Of a DNA stretch of 64,000 nt, positions 12,870 through 27,092 are shown in pieces. The position numbers and the translations under genes were made by a program. This stretch comes from Octopus vulgaris (taxonomy: Eukaryota), in NCBI GenBank assembly GCA_951406725.2, contig OX597816.1, positions 141,050,001-141,114,000 on the forward strand, given 5' to 3'. Below the pieces are notes generated by a model, which was not told where the DNA came from, searched no databases, and saw only the letters and a list, made by a program, of their open reading frames with translations. Positions within the stretch are counted from its first letter, which is position 1. Each line of letters opens with the position of its first letter.

Positions 12870-13640
12870 TTCTTTGATCAGAAGAGATTTCGTTGCATCA
12901 ATACCGCTTCGAAGTTAGGGACTTGGCTTTTTCCCTTGGATGGTGTATCTGATCTTGTCTTTCATGTGATACTCATGAGCTGTTTCGATTGTCTCCTCGT
13001 GAACCCATGCAGTTTATTTTAACTGTGTGAGATATACCGCTCATACTTTCGTTCATGTAATATTGTGTATAATGATATTGTTCAGTTAACTTTGCATCTC
13101 ACTTAAGCTGACGTGTAATGTTGTTCCACAGTTGTTCTCTCAAGTTTCCGAATGCTGAGAAGGATTTGCTCATCTTGTTATCTAGTTTCTCTCTCAGGCT
13201 ACCGATATTACTGATTGAACTGTCCAAATAGATAAAATGGACAACTTCTACCAGCACCAACCCTTCAGGTTCAGATTGTGCAACATGGCTTGTTTGGAAT
13301 CTGGCTGATAAAAAATTTCAGTCTTCCGGATATTAATTTTCAAACTGAACTTTATGGTTACACCGTCAAGAATATTCATCAAAGTTTTGCACATCCTGTG
13401 GACTATAGGAAACGAGGGCACAACAATCATCGGCAAACATGTCTCTCACTAATATGTACAGTCTTATCTTTAGTTTATAGACGCGACATTGAAAGGGATA
13501 AGAAGATAAGCATCAGGATTTGTCTGTATGTATACATTTTCGACTGAGCTGTGGAATGTCTCTTCGAGCAACGTAGAGAAAGGAAGTACGAATAACGATG
13601 ACATTCGTGCGCAGCCTCGTTTGATTAAGCAGATTCGAAG
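12870..13640 (-). pseudogene. Decayed RTE/BovB-like LINE RT fragment
   Basis: The minus strand gives the equivalent of LFADDCAL..., then LMNILDGVTIKFSLKINIRKTEIFYQP. A KRGC (QGC) motif lies near 13620. Confidence 0.7.
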
Positions 13641-14198
13641 TTTATCTGTGTGGTTTGAGGCTTCATAGTAGTATGTAGCATTGGAGGATGTCGAAGTGAA
13701 AAAAATGCAACCAATTTGAACTCACGATCTATGAGCCAGTAATCTAATACTTTTTCACTGGGCGTTCCACGTTTCTTCAGTGAACAGTAAGGATGTGATT
13801 TTAAACGTGGATACAAATGAATATCGCAATGTGTGTAGTAAGTTCTGGTGAGCCAAAACACAACCTGGTTTCAATTTCCATTTGAAATTCTTTGATTTCT
13901 CTTACGTTACAAATGGTTACTTAATCAGTCATCACAAAATATCAAGATAAAAGAATGCAGTATTATTATACATAGACATTCAAACAACGTAAGGATGTAG
14001 TTTCTATTTCTTACTTTTGATGCTTGACGCACAAACCACATCATAAGATGATACGTTGTTCATTTAGCATATCACAGCTTATCAAAAAATACTAGACATC
14101 TTATACGTCAAACATTGATGAAAACTACACAGCTTATCATACACTAAACAATAAATACAATACAACTTATACGCCAATATAGATAAATACCATAAAGC

Positions 14199-14343
14199 CA
14201 GGGCCGTCTTAACAGTATTATAGGCCTCTGAGCAAATTAGTATACTGGACTCTATTGTATTTATTTATCTATTGACAATAAGCCACAACGTACATAGATA
14301 AGAACAGGGTCTGTCCAGTATGTCCATGTTTCAGATGGCGCTG
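14199..14343. mobile_element. hAT-type MITE
   Basis: TIRs are CAGGGCCGTCT / AGATGGCGCTG; the 8-bp flanks are cataaagc/catacaac (6/8). Confidence 0.7.
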
Positions 14344-15756
14344 CATACAACGTTATTACACACTAAACATTGATTGATAAATAGATAATAATAGATTTTT
14401 CAATAGTTGCTCCTCTCAAATTTTCTTCACCCTGATGCAATTTTATCCACGAGAAAAATAGTGTTTTTAAATAAGCGAATTGAATTAAAATCAACCAATA
14501 ATTTATCATATTCTTAACAGGAACTATTTATTGCAAACGAAAGACACTCGAATTTATAAAAAAGAAACACTTCACAGTCAAGGACTTCCGCAAAATAGTC
14601 ATCTGAGTCAATGTAACCAAATATTTACTGCAAATATCTAAACTACATGTGACTCACCTTTGCAAAGAAGCTCTTCATATTTATTCTAATTATCATGCCA
14701 AATTCTTCTGGCCAACTGCTTAAGAGGTTTTTTTTTTCTTCAATTCTCTTCAATTAACTATTTAGCAAGGTCATCTTCAGTGAATATCAACACACTTCTA
14801 TGTGTAGGAGCAGAACATTAATTTACTGATATTTTCTAATTTAAGTACTTCCAATTTAAGGAGGCAGGTGTTTATTACGTTGGCTTTGCCACTTCATTTT
14901 TTTTATCTAATTCCAATTTTGATTCATTTTCTCAGATTGGTTCAAGTTTCATGTCAACTAGATGACACAACTTTTAGTTGGTGTGAACGAACAAGTATAG
15001 CTTGATGTTCTTACTGTTGTTGTTGGTGGTGGTGTTGTTACTGTTGTTGTTGCCGTCCTCATCGGTGTTGTTGCTGTTGCTGTTTATCTCTACGAGTAGA
15101 GATGGAGCCTATTAACTAGATATGTTAATAAGTGTAGGCTAAACTAGAAAAAAAGTGTAGGCTAAAACAGAAAAATAAAAGCTTCTAGGACAAAAGCTGT
15201 TCTCCCCAACAAAAATTTTCGCATACCCCCCTACAGCATCCCCCTCGCAGCACTCCTCTACGATATTACCATCACAAATCCCCTATATAACATTATCATC
15301 GCCACCAACTCTACAGCCTAATTACCACAATATCACTTATAAAAGCAACACAGCCTCTATACCACATTCAAACATTGTCTCACACAATATCATACACAGT
15401 ATCATTGTTGCTACATCATCTCCATAACTTCTTCATCTACACAACTCCATCATTACCAAACGCAACATGAGTTTCACAAAACTAAACATCACTGACATAA
15501 CATCAACATTACATCATCACCAGTGCAACAGAATCATCACTTTATCTCCACAACATCACACCACATCTTCAGAATATCACCTTTATAACATCTCTTAGAC
15601 AACATGATTTCCACAGCATATATATACACTTCCCCAACATCACCCCTACACTACATCACCGTTTCTTTCACATGACCGTCTTAATATCATCTATACGAAG
15701 TCATGATAAATGCAAGACCGCTTAAGCTTTGATGATCTTCCCTGGTTACCTCATAA

Positions 15757-15852
15757 GATAACTAAAAGTAACTACATAACATTACTATAAAAGTGCATAA
15801 CTACATAATATAACTAAAAGTGCATAACTACAGAGCATAACTAAAAGTGCAT
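15757..15852. repeat. Short degenerate minisatellite (ataactaaaagtgcataactac)n
   Basis: About 4 imperfect tandem copies. Confidence 0.8.
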
Positions 15853-16691
15853 TCCAAAACTCAGTTTTCCTATTCAGAGTTCTGATCCGTTACTGACCTT
15901 CAACATTGTTCGAGTAAGACTCCCCAATAAAACACTGGTCCCATATCAAACACACTCGATGCTGATATGCACTCAAACATCCAGAATCTCAAACATCCAG
16001 AATCTCAAACATCCAAAAGTAAGTTATCTGTTTGGCAAAGACTCGTTCGTCCATACACAACAATCTCAACACTTCAACCTCGCTCTCTTTACTCTCATCC
16101 TCTATCTTTTCTATCGCCACTAAAACAGACTCTGTTCCGTTGAATTAGCTACCTGTACACCACACAGTCAAGTGGATCCGAGGTACTTAGGACTCGCACT
16201 CTCCGATTCTCAAAACACTAAAACTTCTGAAGTTCCTATGTCTCCATCACCACCTGCAGGCATCGACTTATAGATGCTCAAACTAAGCATCAGTTCTCTG
16301 AATCTCACTACCTTTTCAAGGCCTACCAAAGGCATGGTCACTTCCCCTTCGTCTTGACTAAACTCTTTTTAAAATATTTGAAACTTGTTTAAATTTTAGC
16401 CTGAAGCGTCTATTGACCGACGAGACATAAGTGCCTAACATAATGTAAGTATAAAATAACAGAACCGTACCACTGGACACAGGGGCGTAGACAGTATGTG
16501 TGCTGTTTGAAGAACCACTAGAGTTTGCTAATCCCGCAGACGAATAACCCAATAGAGGGTTATATATAGCAGATCCGTAAAAGCGTCACATCTGAAGACT
16601 ACTTGTTCTTGATATTCTTAGAGTCGCTTCATGCACCTCTATAACATTATTTTATTATTGTTATTATTATTATTATGAATTATTATTTTTT

Positions 16692-16757
<66 letters not shown>

Positions 16758-16834
16758 GCATATATTTAGGGATAACCACTAAGTGGATATCCAATATGCT
16801 AGAAGAAGGTCACATACGATCTAGCTACAAAGAA

Positions 16835-16884
<50 letters not shown>

Positions 16885-16888
<4 letters not shown>

Positions 16889-17150
16889 GCGCGTTTATGA
16901 ATTTGTGTTGCAGGATTCTTGATGTGAAACCGTGTGTTGAAACAGATATTTTGTGATGGTCATTTTTTTTTTCAAGTGCAGCAGGAGGACACACGCGGAC
17001 GGAAAGGGCTGCTAAAGAGGTCACAGATATGTGACGAAAGATTTCCGGACAGTGAGCACAAGATAAAATAACAACAGTAATAAACGAGTGAAGAACGAGT
17101 AAATAGTACGTGTGTCTATTTGGGGGGAAAATGACCGTCTCGAAATATAA

Positions 17151-17155
<5 letters not shown>
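16885..17155 (+). mobile_element. Penelope-like terminal (pLTR) fragment with a variant hammerhead, embedded in (TA)n
   Basis: Unique ~270-bp insert between (TA)n tracts containing CTAAAGA-G-GTCACA-gata-TGTGAC-GAAA and a downstream AATAAA. Confidence 0.55.
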
Positions 17156-17197
<42 letters not shown>

Positions 17198-17212
17198 CAT
17201 ACATATATATAT

Positions 17213-17245
<33 letters not shown>

Positions 17246-17252
17246 CATATAT

Positions 17253-17411
<159 letters not shown>

Positions 17412-17689
17412 TACACAATAATAAATCTCTGAGCGAGGTATAAACAGTAGCCGCACGACATCGTGAAGCATATTTGCCACCTAAATGTGTCTAACTCTTA
17501 AGGGTTGATGCTACTGTTGCTTGTAGCCCCATGAAGACATCTCGTCCAGCTGGCTTCTGACACACTATATGTGCTCTATCAGTATTTGCAAAGGGAAGTC
17601 TATGTATGTATGTATGTATGTATGTATGTATGTATGTATGTATGTATGTATGTATGTATGTATGTATGTATGTATAGAGAGGGAGACAC

Positions 17690-18195
17690 TGAGGCAGATG
17701 TCGAGGCCAGAATCTAGTGTGCAGTAACAATGTTCAGAGGAATGAACGAGATCTAGACCAGCACTTCAGTTAACAATCGTACGAAGATTCCTACTGTGCC
17801 AAAATATTGTCCTTCCAACAGCAGTCTACGCAAGAGTAAGTTGGAAAATGACTCCCAAGATCACTCGGAGGTTGAATGCATTCCACTCATGGTGCCTACG
17901 CCGAATACTTAAGACCACGTACAGGGACCGGAATAGCAAATCTGCAAAGGCTGCAAGAGATTGTAGCAGAAAGAAGAGTTGAAGGCTTGCAGGTTGTGAT
18001 TTCCGACTACAAGAACGTATAACGAAAGCAGCTATACAGTGGGCAACACCGGAAAGACGAAGGAAGAGAGAGAGAGAACCGAGAAAGCACGGTTCACTTC
18101 CTTCAAAGAAGACCTGGGAAGGTACTGCGACTATCGTGTTACAACCAGGATGGTAGGAGACTCCTTGCTACCTAATATACAAGCTAAGACGAAGA
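17690..18195 (+). pseudogene. RTE-clade LINE 3' fragment
   Basis: Reads VLPTAVYA..WKMT..RLNAFHSWCLRRILKTTYRDRNS, the RTE post-RT motif. Confidence 0.75.
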
Positions 18196-18567
18196 TATGT
18201 GTGTGCGTGTGCGCGCGCGTGCATGCATGTATGTAAGTATGTATGTATGATGTATGTATGTATGTATGTATGTATGTACATCGATCGTCAGTGCATCATA
18301 TACCCGAAAAACAAGCACACTCTAAAGCATAGAACAGTAATGTATTTACATGCAGTTAAGTATATGTCCGGTCATATATATTCCCAAGACACCAGTGATA
18401 TTATGACGTCATAATCACACTTTATTGAAAAATGCTTAAATTCTCTCTTTCTCTTTCTCTCCTCTCTTTCTCTCCTCTCTTTCTCTCTTTCTCTCTCTCT
18501 CTCTCTCTTACACCCACATACACATGCATACACCCCCACCACGCATATGTGTGTAACGTGTGCGCGT

Positions 18568-18612
<45 letters not shown>

Positions 18613-18614
18613 TA

Positions 18615-19440
18615 TGTATGACCAGAAAAGGTGACACTCCTTCCATCATTCGTGGGAGACGAGGTTCGAGCTTCACTGAAGATTCACTAAGGTTGGTGTA
18701 GAAGATTTTGCATGCTTCTTCCATCTTCCGTCAAGTGACGTCATTTACCGTGAGCCAGTTCTTGTTCTTAAGCACCGTAACCTCCTACCTATCGAGTACC
18801 ACCTCACTTCTGCATCTCTTTGGACTATTCCTTCTCTTTATAACCTGCTTGAGCCTCTTCACTCAATAATTCTCTTTCTTTCTTTTTTTCTTCCAGATTT
18901 GTCTTGTTCCTTTGCAGAGAACGGAACAGTCGAGGGGACTTTTCATGTTGCAGTTCTTACCTTTCACATGCAGCTTCTTGTTTTCTTAACCAGTGAATTG
19001 TAATCGTCATCAATCTCTTCAAGTTAACTTCAAAATTTCTTCTTGATAGCATCCTGTAGCTGCATCACCTGGAAAACCTTGACGCGTTGATTCTTCATCG
19101 AGAAGCGCAGGGCCCTCTTCTCTGATTTCATAGATCACGATCTTCGTCCGCTGCATGCAATGGTCGCTGCTGGTATTGTATGGCGCTATTGACAAGTTGA
19201 CCATCAGTATGTGCCATTTGTCGACAAGGCTATAACTGATTTTATTTCTGTGCTGAGCGTTCGGGCTTATCCAGGACAATCTCCTTCCAGATTGCTTCCT
19301 GAATAGGTTGTTCCCAATGTAAAAACGTTTTTGTCTCTGCCGTGGTAACCAAACGTTTCCCTCTTTCATCTCTCTCTCCAGATCCTAACTTTCCAATATA
19401 TTTCTCTCTTTGCTGCCCTTTTCCGACCCTTTGCGTTGAA
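18615..19440 (-). pseudogene. RTE LINE endonuclease/linker fragment with a small terminal inversion
   Basis: The minus strand gives YIGNNLFRK..RRLSWISPN..RNKISYSLV..SSDHC (AP-endonuclease end) and MEEACKIFYTNL. Confidence 0.75.
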
Positions 19441-20249
19441 ATGAATGATCTAAAACTCTGGTGCTAAAAATCAAGGAATTAAAGTGCAGGTGCTCAAATC
19501 AAATTGTTCTTTATCTATTATCCACATATCTGATCTAATAATAGCTAGGGATGACAAGATATTATGTTTTTCAAAGTACTATAAAGGTAATTACGCTTTC
19601 AAGAAAACCGTAACCAGAGCAGATATCTTTGATGCGGAGGTGGAGACAGTATCAAAATATTTTCAAATGGAATTGATTGATATGTAGTGTGACGACATCT
19701 TGAGATCTAAATTTCATTCTAAATATGTTTCATTGATTGACTTCTATGCAAAATATATTTTTCCCAGTGGGAAGTATACCAACTTAGTGAATCATGCAAA
19801 AAAGATTGCATCTTTGTTTGGAAGCACTTATCAGTGTAAGCAATTATCTTCCAAACTGAAACAAACTAAGAACAATTTGAGAACAAGATTAACTGATAAT
19901 CATCTTGATAATGTCTTACTCTTGGCATCAACAAGTTTGAAGCCTAATATTGAAAAGCTTTCAAGGAACAGAAACCACCAAGTTTCCTATTAATTTTTGG
20001 GCTGATATGTAGTTTTACGATTTTTAAACAAATGATTCCAACGATGTCTTAAATTGCATAAATGATATTTTTCCATTACTATATTCATCTGTGGTTAATA
20101 CAAATTATTTTTACGTATAGTCAACACTCGTGAGTAAATTTTAGCTTGCGTAATTTTCCGTAATTATTCTTTTATAGACTTCGTCCGGCCCGCTATCCAT
20201 CATTAATACTCGATCCGGCCAGTGGAGGCAAAGAAGTTGCCGATCCCTG
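19440..20249 (+). mobile_element. hAT (SPIN/GTF2IRD2-like) 3' half: transposase dimerization domain plus right TIR
   Basis: Reads FQMELID..IDFY..AKKIASLFGSTYQCKQLSSKLKQTKNNLRTRLTDNHL..QVSY*. Subterminal tccggccc motifs precede the TIR AGTTGCCGATCCCTG. Confidence 0.9.
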
Positions 20250-20937
20250 GCTTATTCATTGCTACCGCCCATAGACTTCCAGCCAGATGATATCAATTTT
20301 CGCCCTCTTTAACCGTTTAAGCATGCGACCTACTCTGAGACATTCCTTAATTCTATGAACAGAGAGAAAGGCCCGAAAAGCATCCAATGGTTTTGTTTTT
20401 TTTTAATCGTTATTTGCACCGTGTACAGCGAGATCTGAAACGATGATTTGCATATTCATTGGCGCATCTTGTGACTGAAAAATATTGACTTACAAAAGCA
20501 TCAAGAACAAACACTTTCCAAAATAATATAAAACAATATAACCTTAAGTTAATAAAAGTATTCCATCACAAATCGCTATGAAAAGAAGGGTATGAATGTC
20601 ACATGACATAGTGTCATTTCCTAGGGTTTGTCTCATATCCTAGTATAAGGTTCATAGCCTCATTTCAGGCGATTATTTACTTTCCTTTCAAAGCCTGAAC
20701 TTGTACCGAGTGAAAAGGAATAATTAGTTCATATGCAATATTATCTAGCACTTCCAACTGTTGTATATTACAGCAGCCTTTCCTATAACTTAATGCATAA
20801 ACTCATAATTCCCACCCACATCGTCCCACAGATACAAACACATCCATCATCTCTCTCTCACACTCTCTCCCTGTCTCTCCCTCTCTCTTTTTCTCTCACG
20901 CACACACAGACAGACACACACACATACACACACACAT

Positions 20938-20995
<58 letters not shown>

Positions 20996-21964
20996 AGAGA
21001 CTTATTAGTCCAACGAACAACCTCAAACTCATAAACACGCACACACGCATGCGCATGCGACTGTCCTCACTTACTTACAAACACAAACGGCGCGCGCGCG
21101 CATACTAACACACGCGCACATAGAGACATACGTACACGCATGCATAATACATACATACATGCATACATCCATCATCCATCCATCCATACATACATACATA
21201 CGTACGTACGTACCTACATACATACGTACGTACATACATACATACATACATACATACATACATACATACATACATACATACATACATACATACATACATA
21301 CATACATGCATATTTACATACAGACAACCTATTTAACTCACAAATACACACAAATATAAACACGCACGTGCGCATTCTTTTCTTTTTTTTCTTTTACTAA
21401 TTTCAGTCATTGGACTGCGACCATTGTGGGTCATCGCTTGTTGCATGAATCCAAAATGAGCTCTTCAATGAGGGAAGCGATGAGAAGCATTCGTGCTGTC
21501 AATGAAAATGAAGCTTTAAGCCTCCGAACATTGGTTATAGTAATATAAAATCATAACAATAACAATACATTTCATAGCTGTAAAATAAGGCATTTTGAAA
21601 CTACATACACGTCAACAACAAAGAAACTAGCTGCAGACCCGCAATTCTATACGTTTACTAGTTACTCCGACGCGGTAGCCAAAAAAATAATAATAAAGCG
21701 TATAATATGCAACACAGGCAGTAAACAAAAAGTAAGATAGAACAGTGGTGACATTAAGTAGAAATGACCCGGAAGTTGTTCCTCTTCGATAACTATCGCA
21801 AACAGCAGTAGCTTTCTTCAACCGAATACACGGCGTTGATTGGCTAAAATTACCCAAACACGACAACTTTAGCACGAAATAACTTCTAAAATGCGAAATT
21901 TTGTCAAAAATGTTCAAAGTAAACCGTTTTCTGCGTGAGATATTCAAACTGCTTGATTTAAAAA

Positions 21965-22612
21965 ATTAATTTAAAAATCTGTAAGCCAGATTGAACAGAT
22001 CCGAAAATCCAAAGCTGATTGTATGGGAATTAGCGAAACAGTTCAATTCGATCATAAAATACCTTCATAAACTTAACTTCGTCAGACAGTCCCTTTATCA
22101 TTTGACTGCGTCTTAGTTGCACTGTGCATGTCATTGAAGAGTAGACTTGCTATCGATTTTTATCTCGAGTAGAATTATCAAAAGTGATGCAAAGTGGATT
22201 CTCTAACACCATATCCAACGTAAACAATGAAAAAGAAGAATCCATCCCCAAAGCTGGACTTCACACGAGAAAAGTTACGCTCTGTGTTTAGTGGGTTATG
22301 AAGGTGTCATCTATGATGAAGTGTTCAGCAAAAGCGAAGCAGTTAATGCAAAGAAGTATTGTTGCCAATAAATGTGCACAAAAAACACTTATCATCGATC
22401 AATCGTAAAGAGGTGTTGCTCTTACATGATAATGCAAGAGCAAATATTTCCCAGGAGTGGCTGTGTGGTAAGAAGCTTGCTTACCAACCACATGGTTCCG
22501 GGTTCAATCCAACTACGTGGCACCTTGGGCAAATGTCTTCTACTATAGCCTCGGGCCGACCAAAGCCTTGTAAGTGGATTTGGTAGACGGAAACTGAAAG
22601 AAGCCCGTCGTA

Positions 22613-22671
<59 letters not shown>

Positions 22672-23282
22672 ATGTCTGTATGTATGTATGTATGTATGTA
22701 TGTATGTATGTATGTATGTATGTATGTATGTATGTTTGTGTGTCTGTGTTTGTCCCCCGACATCGCTTGACAACCAATGCTGGTGTGCTTACGTCCGCGC
22801 AACTTAGCGGTTCGGCAAAAGAGACCGATACAATAAGTACTAGGCTGACAAAGAATAAGTCCTGGGGTCGATTTGTTCGACTAAAGGCGGTGCTCCAGCA
22901 TGACTGCAGACAAATGACTGAAACAAAGTAAAAGAGGTCACTCAAGAAAAGAATATAGAAGTTTTGCCTCATCCTCCTTACTCTCCTAACCTTGTTCAAT
23001 CTGACCATCATCTTTTCTGATCCGTGCACCATTATTTGGAGGGAAAACAGTTCATTAATTGTGGATTGTGAAGAGGTTGAAAAAGTTGATATTGAATATT
23101 TCTTTGCTTTGAAACCTGAAGAATTTTACACCCGGGAGATCAACAATTTGCCAACGAGATGGGATGATGCCGTGAAAAACGAGGGGAATTATTATCTTGA
23201 TTAAATATATCAATTAAGATCAAAGAAGCATTAGTTTCTTTTCTATCTTGAAATTCGAAGGGACTTTCTTTCCAACATAATA
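21965..23282 (+). mobile_element. mariner (DD34D-type) transposon remnant interrupted by a SINE
   Basis: Motifs [45 protein letters not shown] and NLPTRWDDAVKNEGNY, plus a right TIR-like end followed by TA. Confidence 0.85.
22452..22936 (+). mobile_element. tRNA-derived SINE, family A
   Basis: Homologous to 8650-9076. Removing it restores the mariner frame ARANISQ|VTQEK. Confidence 0.9.
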
Positions 23283-23392
23283 TATACGATATCGCCAACT
23301 AATATCTAAGTAGCACTAGAAGGAACGCAAATACAAATGTCAATTTAATATGCATAGTGTTACCTAACGACACTTAGATAAACTGTTTCTAG

Positions 23393-24101
23393 CAGTGGCG
23401 GCTCGTGTATAGGCACTGCGGAACTGCAGTAGTCCCTATTTCCACTCGATATTATCGATAACATTCAATATAATGAGTCCATTTTTCTTTAATTCTTTCT
23501 TTATAACATGTACATTTTATAATCCTTAAGCTTAATGTCAGTAGCTATACCTTAGTTTATGAAAAATATACAAAAATCCTTGTATAGAACTGTGCGCTTC
23601 ACATTTCCAGCGACGCGGTGTTTGGTTGTTGTGTGCATGCTCACATGTCCGAGATAAGAAGCTGCCCGCTAGGAAGAAAGAGCACTGTTATCCATGCAGT
23701 GCCGACCCTGGTGTGCTGATGAAATGTAGTGTTTCATTTTGATTCCGCGTGTGTTGCGCTAAAAAACGTATTTATATTCTTGAATGTGATTAAGTATAGA
23801 ATTCGATTATTATTCTGCTTCAGCTACAGTGTTGCTACCAGGATTTGAAAAATAGAGCAGATTCCTCTACCCCACTTAATTTGTGATTTAGGGAGGAATT
23901 TTGAAAAACAGGGGGGAATTCGTGGCGGTTTTCAGTGAATAAATTAAACACTCTACCCAACAGAGGCTAAAACGCAAACCAATCAAGTTTATGTATAAAT
24001 TTTCTTTTTATATGTTTGTTTCCTTTTACACAATATTAAAACAACTGCTAAAAATTTTCTGAAGCATCACCCCTACTAATTTTATCTACGGCCCGTCACT
24101 G
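23393..24101. mobile_element. Non-autonomous hAT (Ac/Tip100-type) element
   Basis: TIRs are CAGTGGCGG / CCGTCACTG, with a perfect 8-bp TSD gtttctag (23385-92 and 24102-09). Confidence 0.9.
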
Positions 24102-24347
24102 GTTTCTAGTTGTAAATACATTAATGTAAAGCATTCATGCTGATCTGTATTTATACCATCTTCGACGAACTAAAAATGTTTTTTAAAAGAGAGGGGCAGT
24201 GTGACCAATTTTGTTTTTATATATACTTGTCTAGGAGGAAAAATTAGATATTTACGATAGGAATATTGCGATCTCAGCTGCATTCTCTTTGGGTATTAAA
24301 ACATCTTACGAAATCTGAAGGGTTTCCGCACTGTTTCCACAGGCTCA

Positions 24348-24409
<62 letters not shown>

Positions 24410-24412
24410 TAA

Positions 24413-24490
<78 letters not shown>

Positions 24491-26419
24491 TATGTATGCA
24501 TGTATAAGTAAATGTGTGTGTTCGTGTGTGCGTGCGTGTGTTTGTGTGTGTGTGGCATGACCGTATATTTGTACCCATTCATACACACGCACCCACATAT
24601 ACGCCAATACACACCCACTCTTAAGTTTATTAATGATGAATTTTAATGGAACATAAAGAAAAACTTGTTAACCAAGCTTCCTTTCGTCACAAATTTATGT
24701 TTTTTAGTGAGATTATTTCACTGCTTGTCAGCACTTCATAGGACACTGAGACGTATATTGGTACGAGTGTGTTTGAGCACGCCTATGTATGTGCGCATGT
24801 GTGTGTATGCACGTACTTATGTGTGTATGTTTCTTTGTATGTATGCATGTATATGTACGTGTGCATATGTATGTTTGTGTCAATGTGTTTGTGTGTGTAT
24901 GTGTGCGCGCGCGTTCGTGTGTATGTGTGTTTGTCTCTATCAGTGTATATAGGTGTGTCTCTGTATAGGCGTGTGAGTTTCAGTGTGAAGTGGGGTATAT
25001 TTATATGTGATAAATCGAGGAGAGAACTCTTGCACGTTCAAAGTGGTCTCAAGAATGCACCACCGCTTATTAGTGGGTGTGAAATGGGAAAAACTTGAAG
25101 TGATTTCTACGACAGCATATCTCTCGCTTCCGTTTACAAGAAGTTGGAGTTTGGGGTCTGATAGGACATTCTAAATCTTTATAGAATGTGTGTGAGTAAT
25201 GTTGTGTCTATATGAGGGGTACAGTGATAGTCTGTAAGATATTTGTATCAGCTTTATACTCGAAGATGTTATTAACACGCGTACCAAGATGTTGACGTCA
25301 TCATCGGACTATTTTTATATTGGACGATTCAATGTCAAGAGGCTGTACTCTAAATTTTCTAACCTAAGCGGGATTTGCTGTAAGTTCAAATCTCGTATAG
25401 GTCTATTTTGCCTTTCGTCCCTCTATGATTGATAAATTAAAATATCTTGTCAAGTACTGGGGTTAATGTTTTCAGTTAGCCCCTCACCACAAATTTATGG
25501 CTATGTGCTTTTGTTAGTGTTAGAAACAAAGAGCAGTGGATTGGCAGAATTACAAGAACAGATTTCTTCCGGCTTTTTATGCTCAGTGTTCAAATATCGT
25601 TGAGATTAACTTTGCCTTTCATCTTTTCGGGGTCGATAAAATGAAGTAACAGCAATTTTTAACAAAGTGAATAGTCGATGTAATCAACCTACACCTCCTC
25701 TTAAAATTCATGGCATTGTTCCTAAATTTAAAACAATAATTTTTTTGTATACATCATATCTTTACACTACCTCTGAAATTATCCAAATAGAAAAGAGGAT
25801 TGGGAATCATCTTCGTTATTTTAAGGGATTAGAAAAAAATTGAAAGACTGAAACTGCGACAACATAATTCACAGAAAATTTCTGACAGGTTTCGCAACGG
25901 TATTCACTTGTACTATGACTCCAGAAATCAAAAAGGAAGCTAGCGATTGTTGAAATCTAATTGTTTTTTTTAAATGTCTTAACTATCAATGTTTTTGTAA
26001 ATGTCCTAAGTATCTATGTTTAGCTCTTGTCTTATGATATTGCTTAATTGAGGGACAAACCATCCTCTAGTTAGGATGCCGGTCTATTGCAAATAGCATT
26101 TTCAAATGATATGGCATCTATTCCTTACAAGTAGATGAATTTAAAATTCTGTCCTATCGAAACGTCAACATCGGAGTTGAACTCATGACCTATGGGCTAG
26201 TAATTCGATATCTTATCCACCCAGCAGTTTGTTTTCTAATACGTGAATCACTGTCGGTCGAGCCAATAATCACTACTTCATGAAGGTCTTGGAAACAGCA
26301 AGGGATAAGTCAGTTCATCCTAGATAGAAAACCCGGCGTACCAATCTAAAGGCGATTACACTAACGAACGGTTCATCCAGCCAAACTAGTGCCAAACGTC
26401 AAAGGCTTATACTTTAGAG

Positions 26420-26624
26420 CAGGGTAGGGCAAACTACGGCCCGCCATGGGTTTTCATGCGGCCCGCCGAGAGGAATATTTCACAAAATTTCCTTTCAATC
26501 AATTGTGTTTATAGGTCTATAACCGCCTTTAAAAATATTTTCACTTGATTTTTATAAATGAGGCCCGCCAAGGTTCCAAAGACGCACTGTGCGGCCCGCG
26601 ATCAAAAAAGTTTGCCCACCCCTG
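26420..26624. mobile_element. hAT (Charlie/Buster-type) MITE
   Basis: TIRs are CAGGGTAGGGCAAACT / AGTTTGCCCACCCCTG, with ggcccgc subterminal repeats and a perfect TSD ctttagag. Confidence 0.95.
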
Positions 26625-26654
26625 CTTTAGAGTGATTACATAAACAAGACCGAG

Positions 26655-26826
26655 CATGCCCGTCGCTAAGCAGATGCACTAGACGGCACTACCCCACTCA
26701 CTGGCGCACCCTCAAATTTACAGTCATACACTTATTTCGAAACTCCACTTTGGCATTATTACAAATTAGTTGCCACCCAAAATATTCTGAAATATCCCCA
26801 GGCACTAAAGTCTGGCGACGGGCCTG
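26655..26826. mobile_element. hAT-type MITE
   Basis: TIRs are CATGCCCGTCGC / GCGACGGGCCTG; the TSD is agaccgag/aggccgag (7/8). Confidence 0.8.
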
Positions 26827-26989
26827 AGGCCGAGAGAGGAATCGTGATATTTGGACAACTGCGATTTCCATACACATTATCTAATATCTGGTTATTCCGA
26901 TACAGTCATCCATTCGGTCTCAACCGAAAGGAAGACGTTTATAAAAGAAGTGTCTTTGCAAAGTTTACAGTAGAAATTCTTAGTTTTTA

Positions 26990-27004
26990 AGAAAGAAAGA
27001 AGGA

Positions 27005-27072
<68 letters not shown>

Positions 27073-27092
27073 CAGGGAGGAAGGAAGGAAGG
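26990..27092. repeat. (GAAA)n/(GGAA)n microsatellite
   Basis: Visible repeat. Confidence 0.95.

Noticed and set aside
14650-14830. Minus-strand exon ending in AG|GTGAGT
   Set aside because: The donor is good, but upstream frames contain stops and no acceptor or partner exon could be supported.
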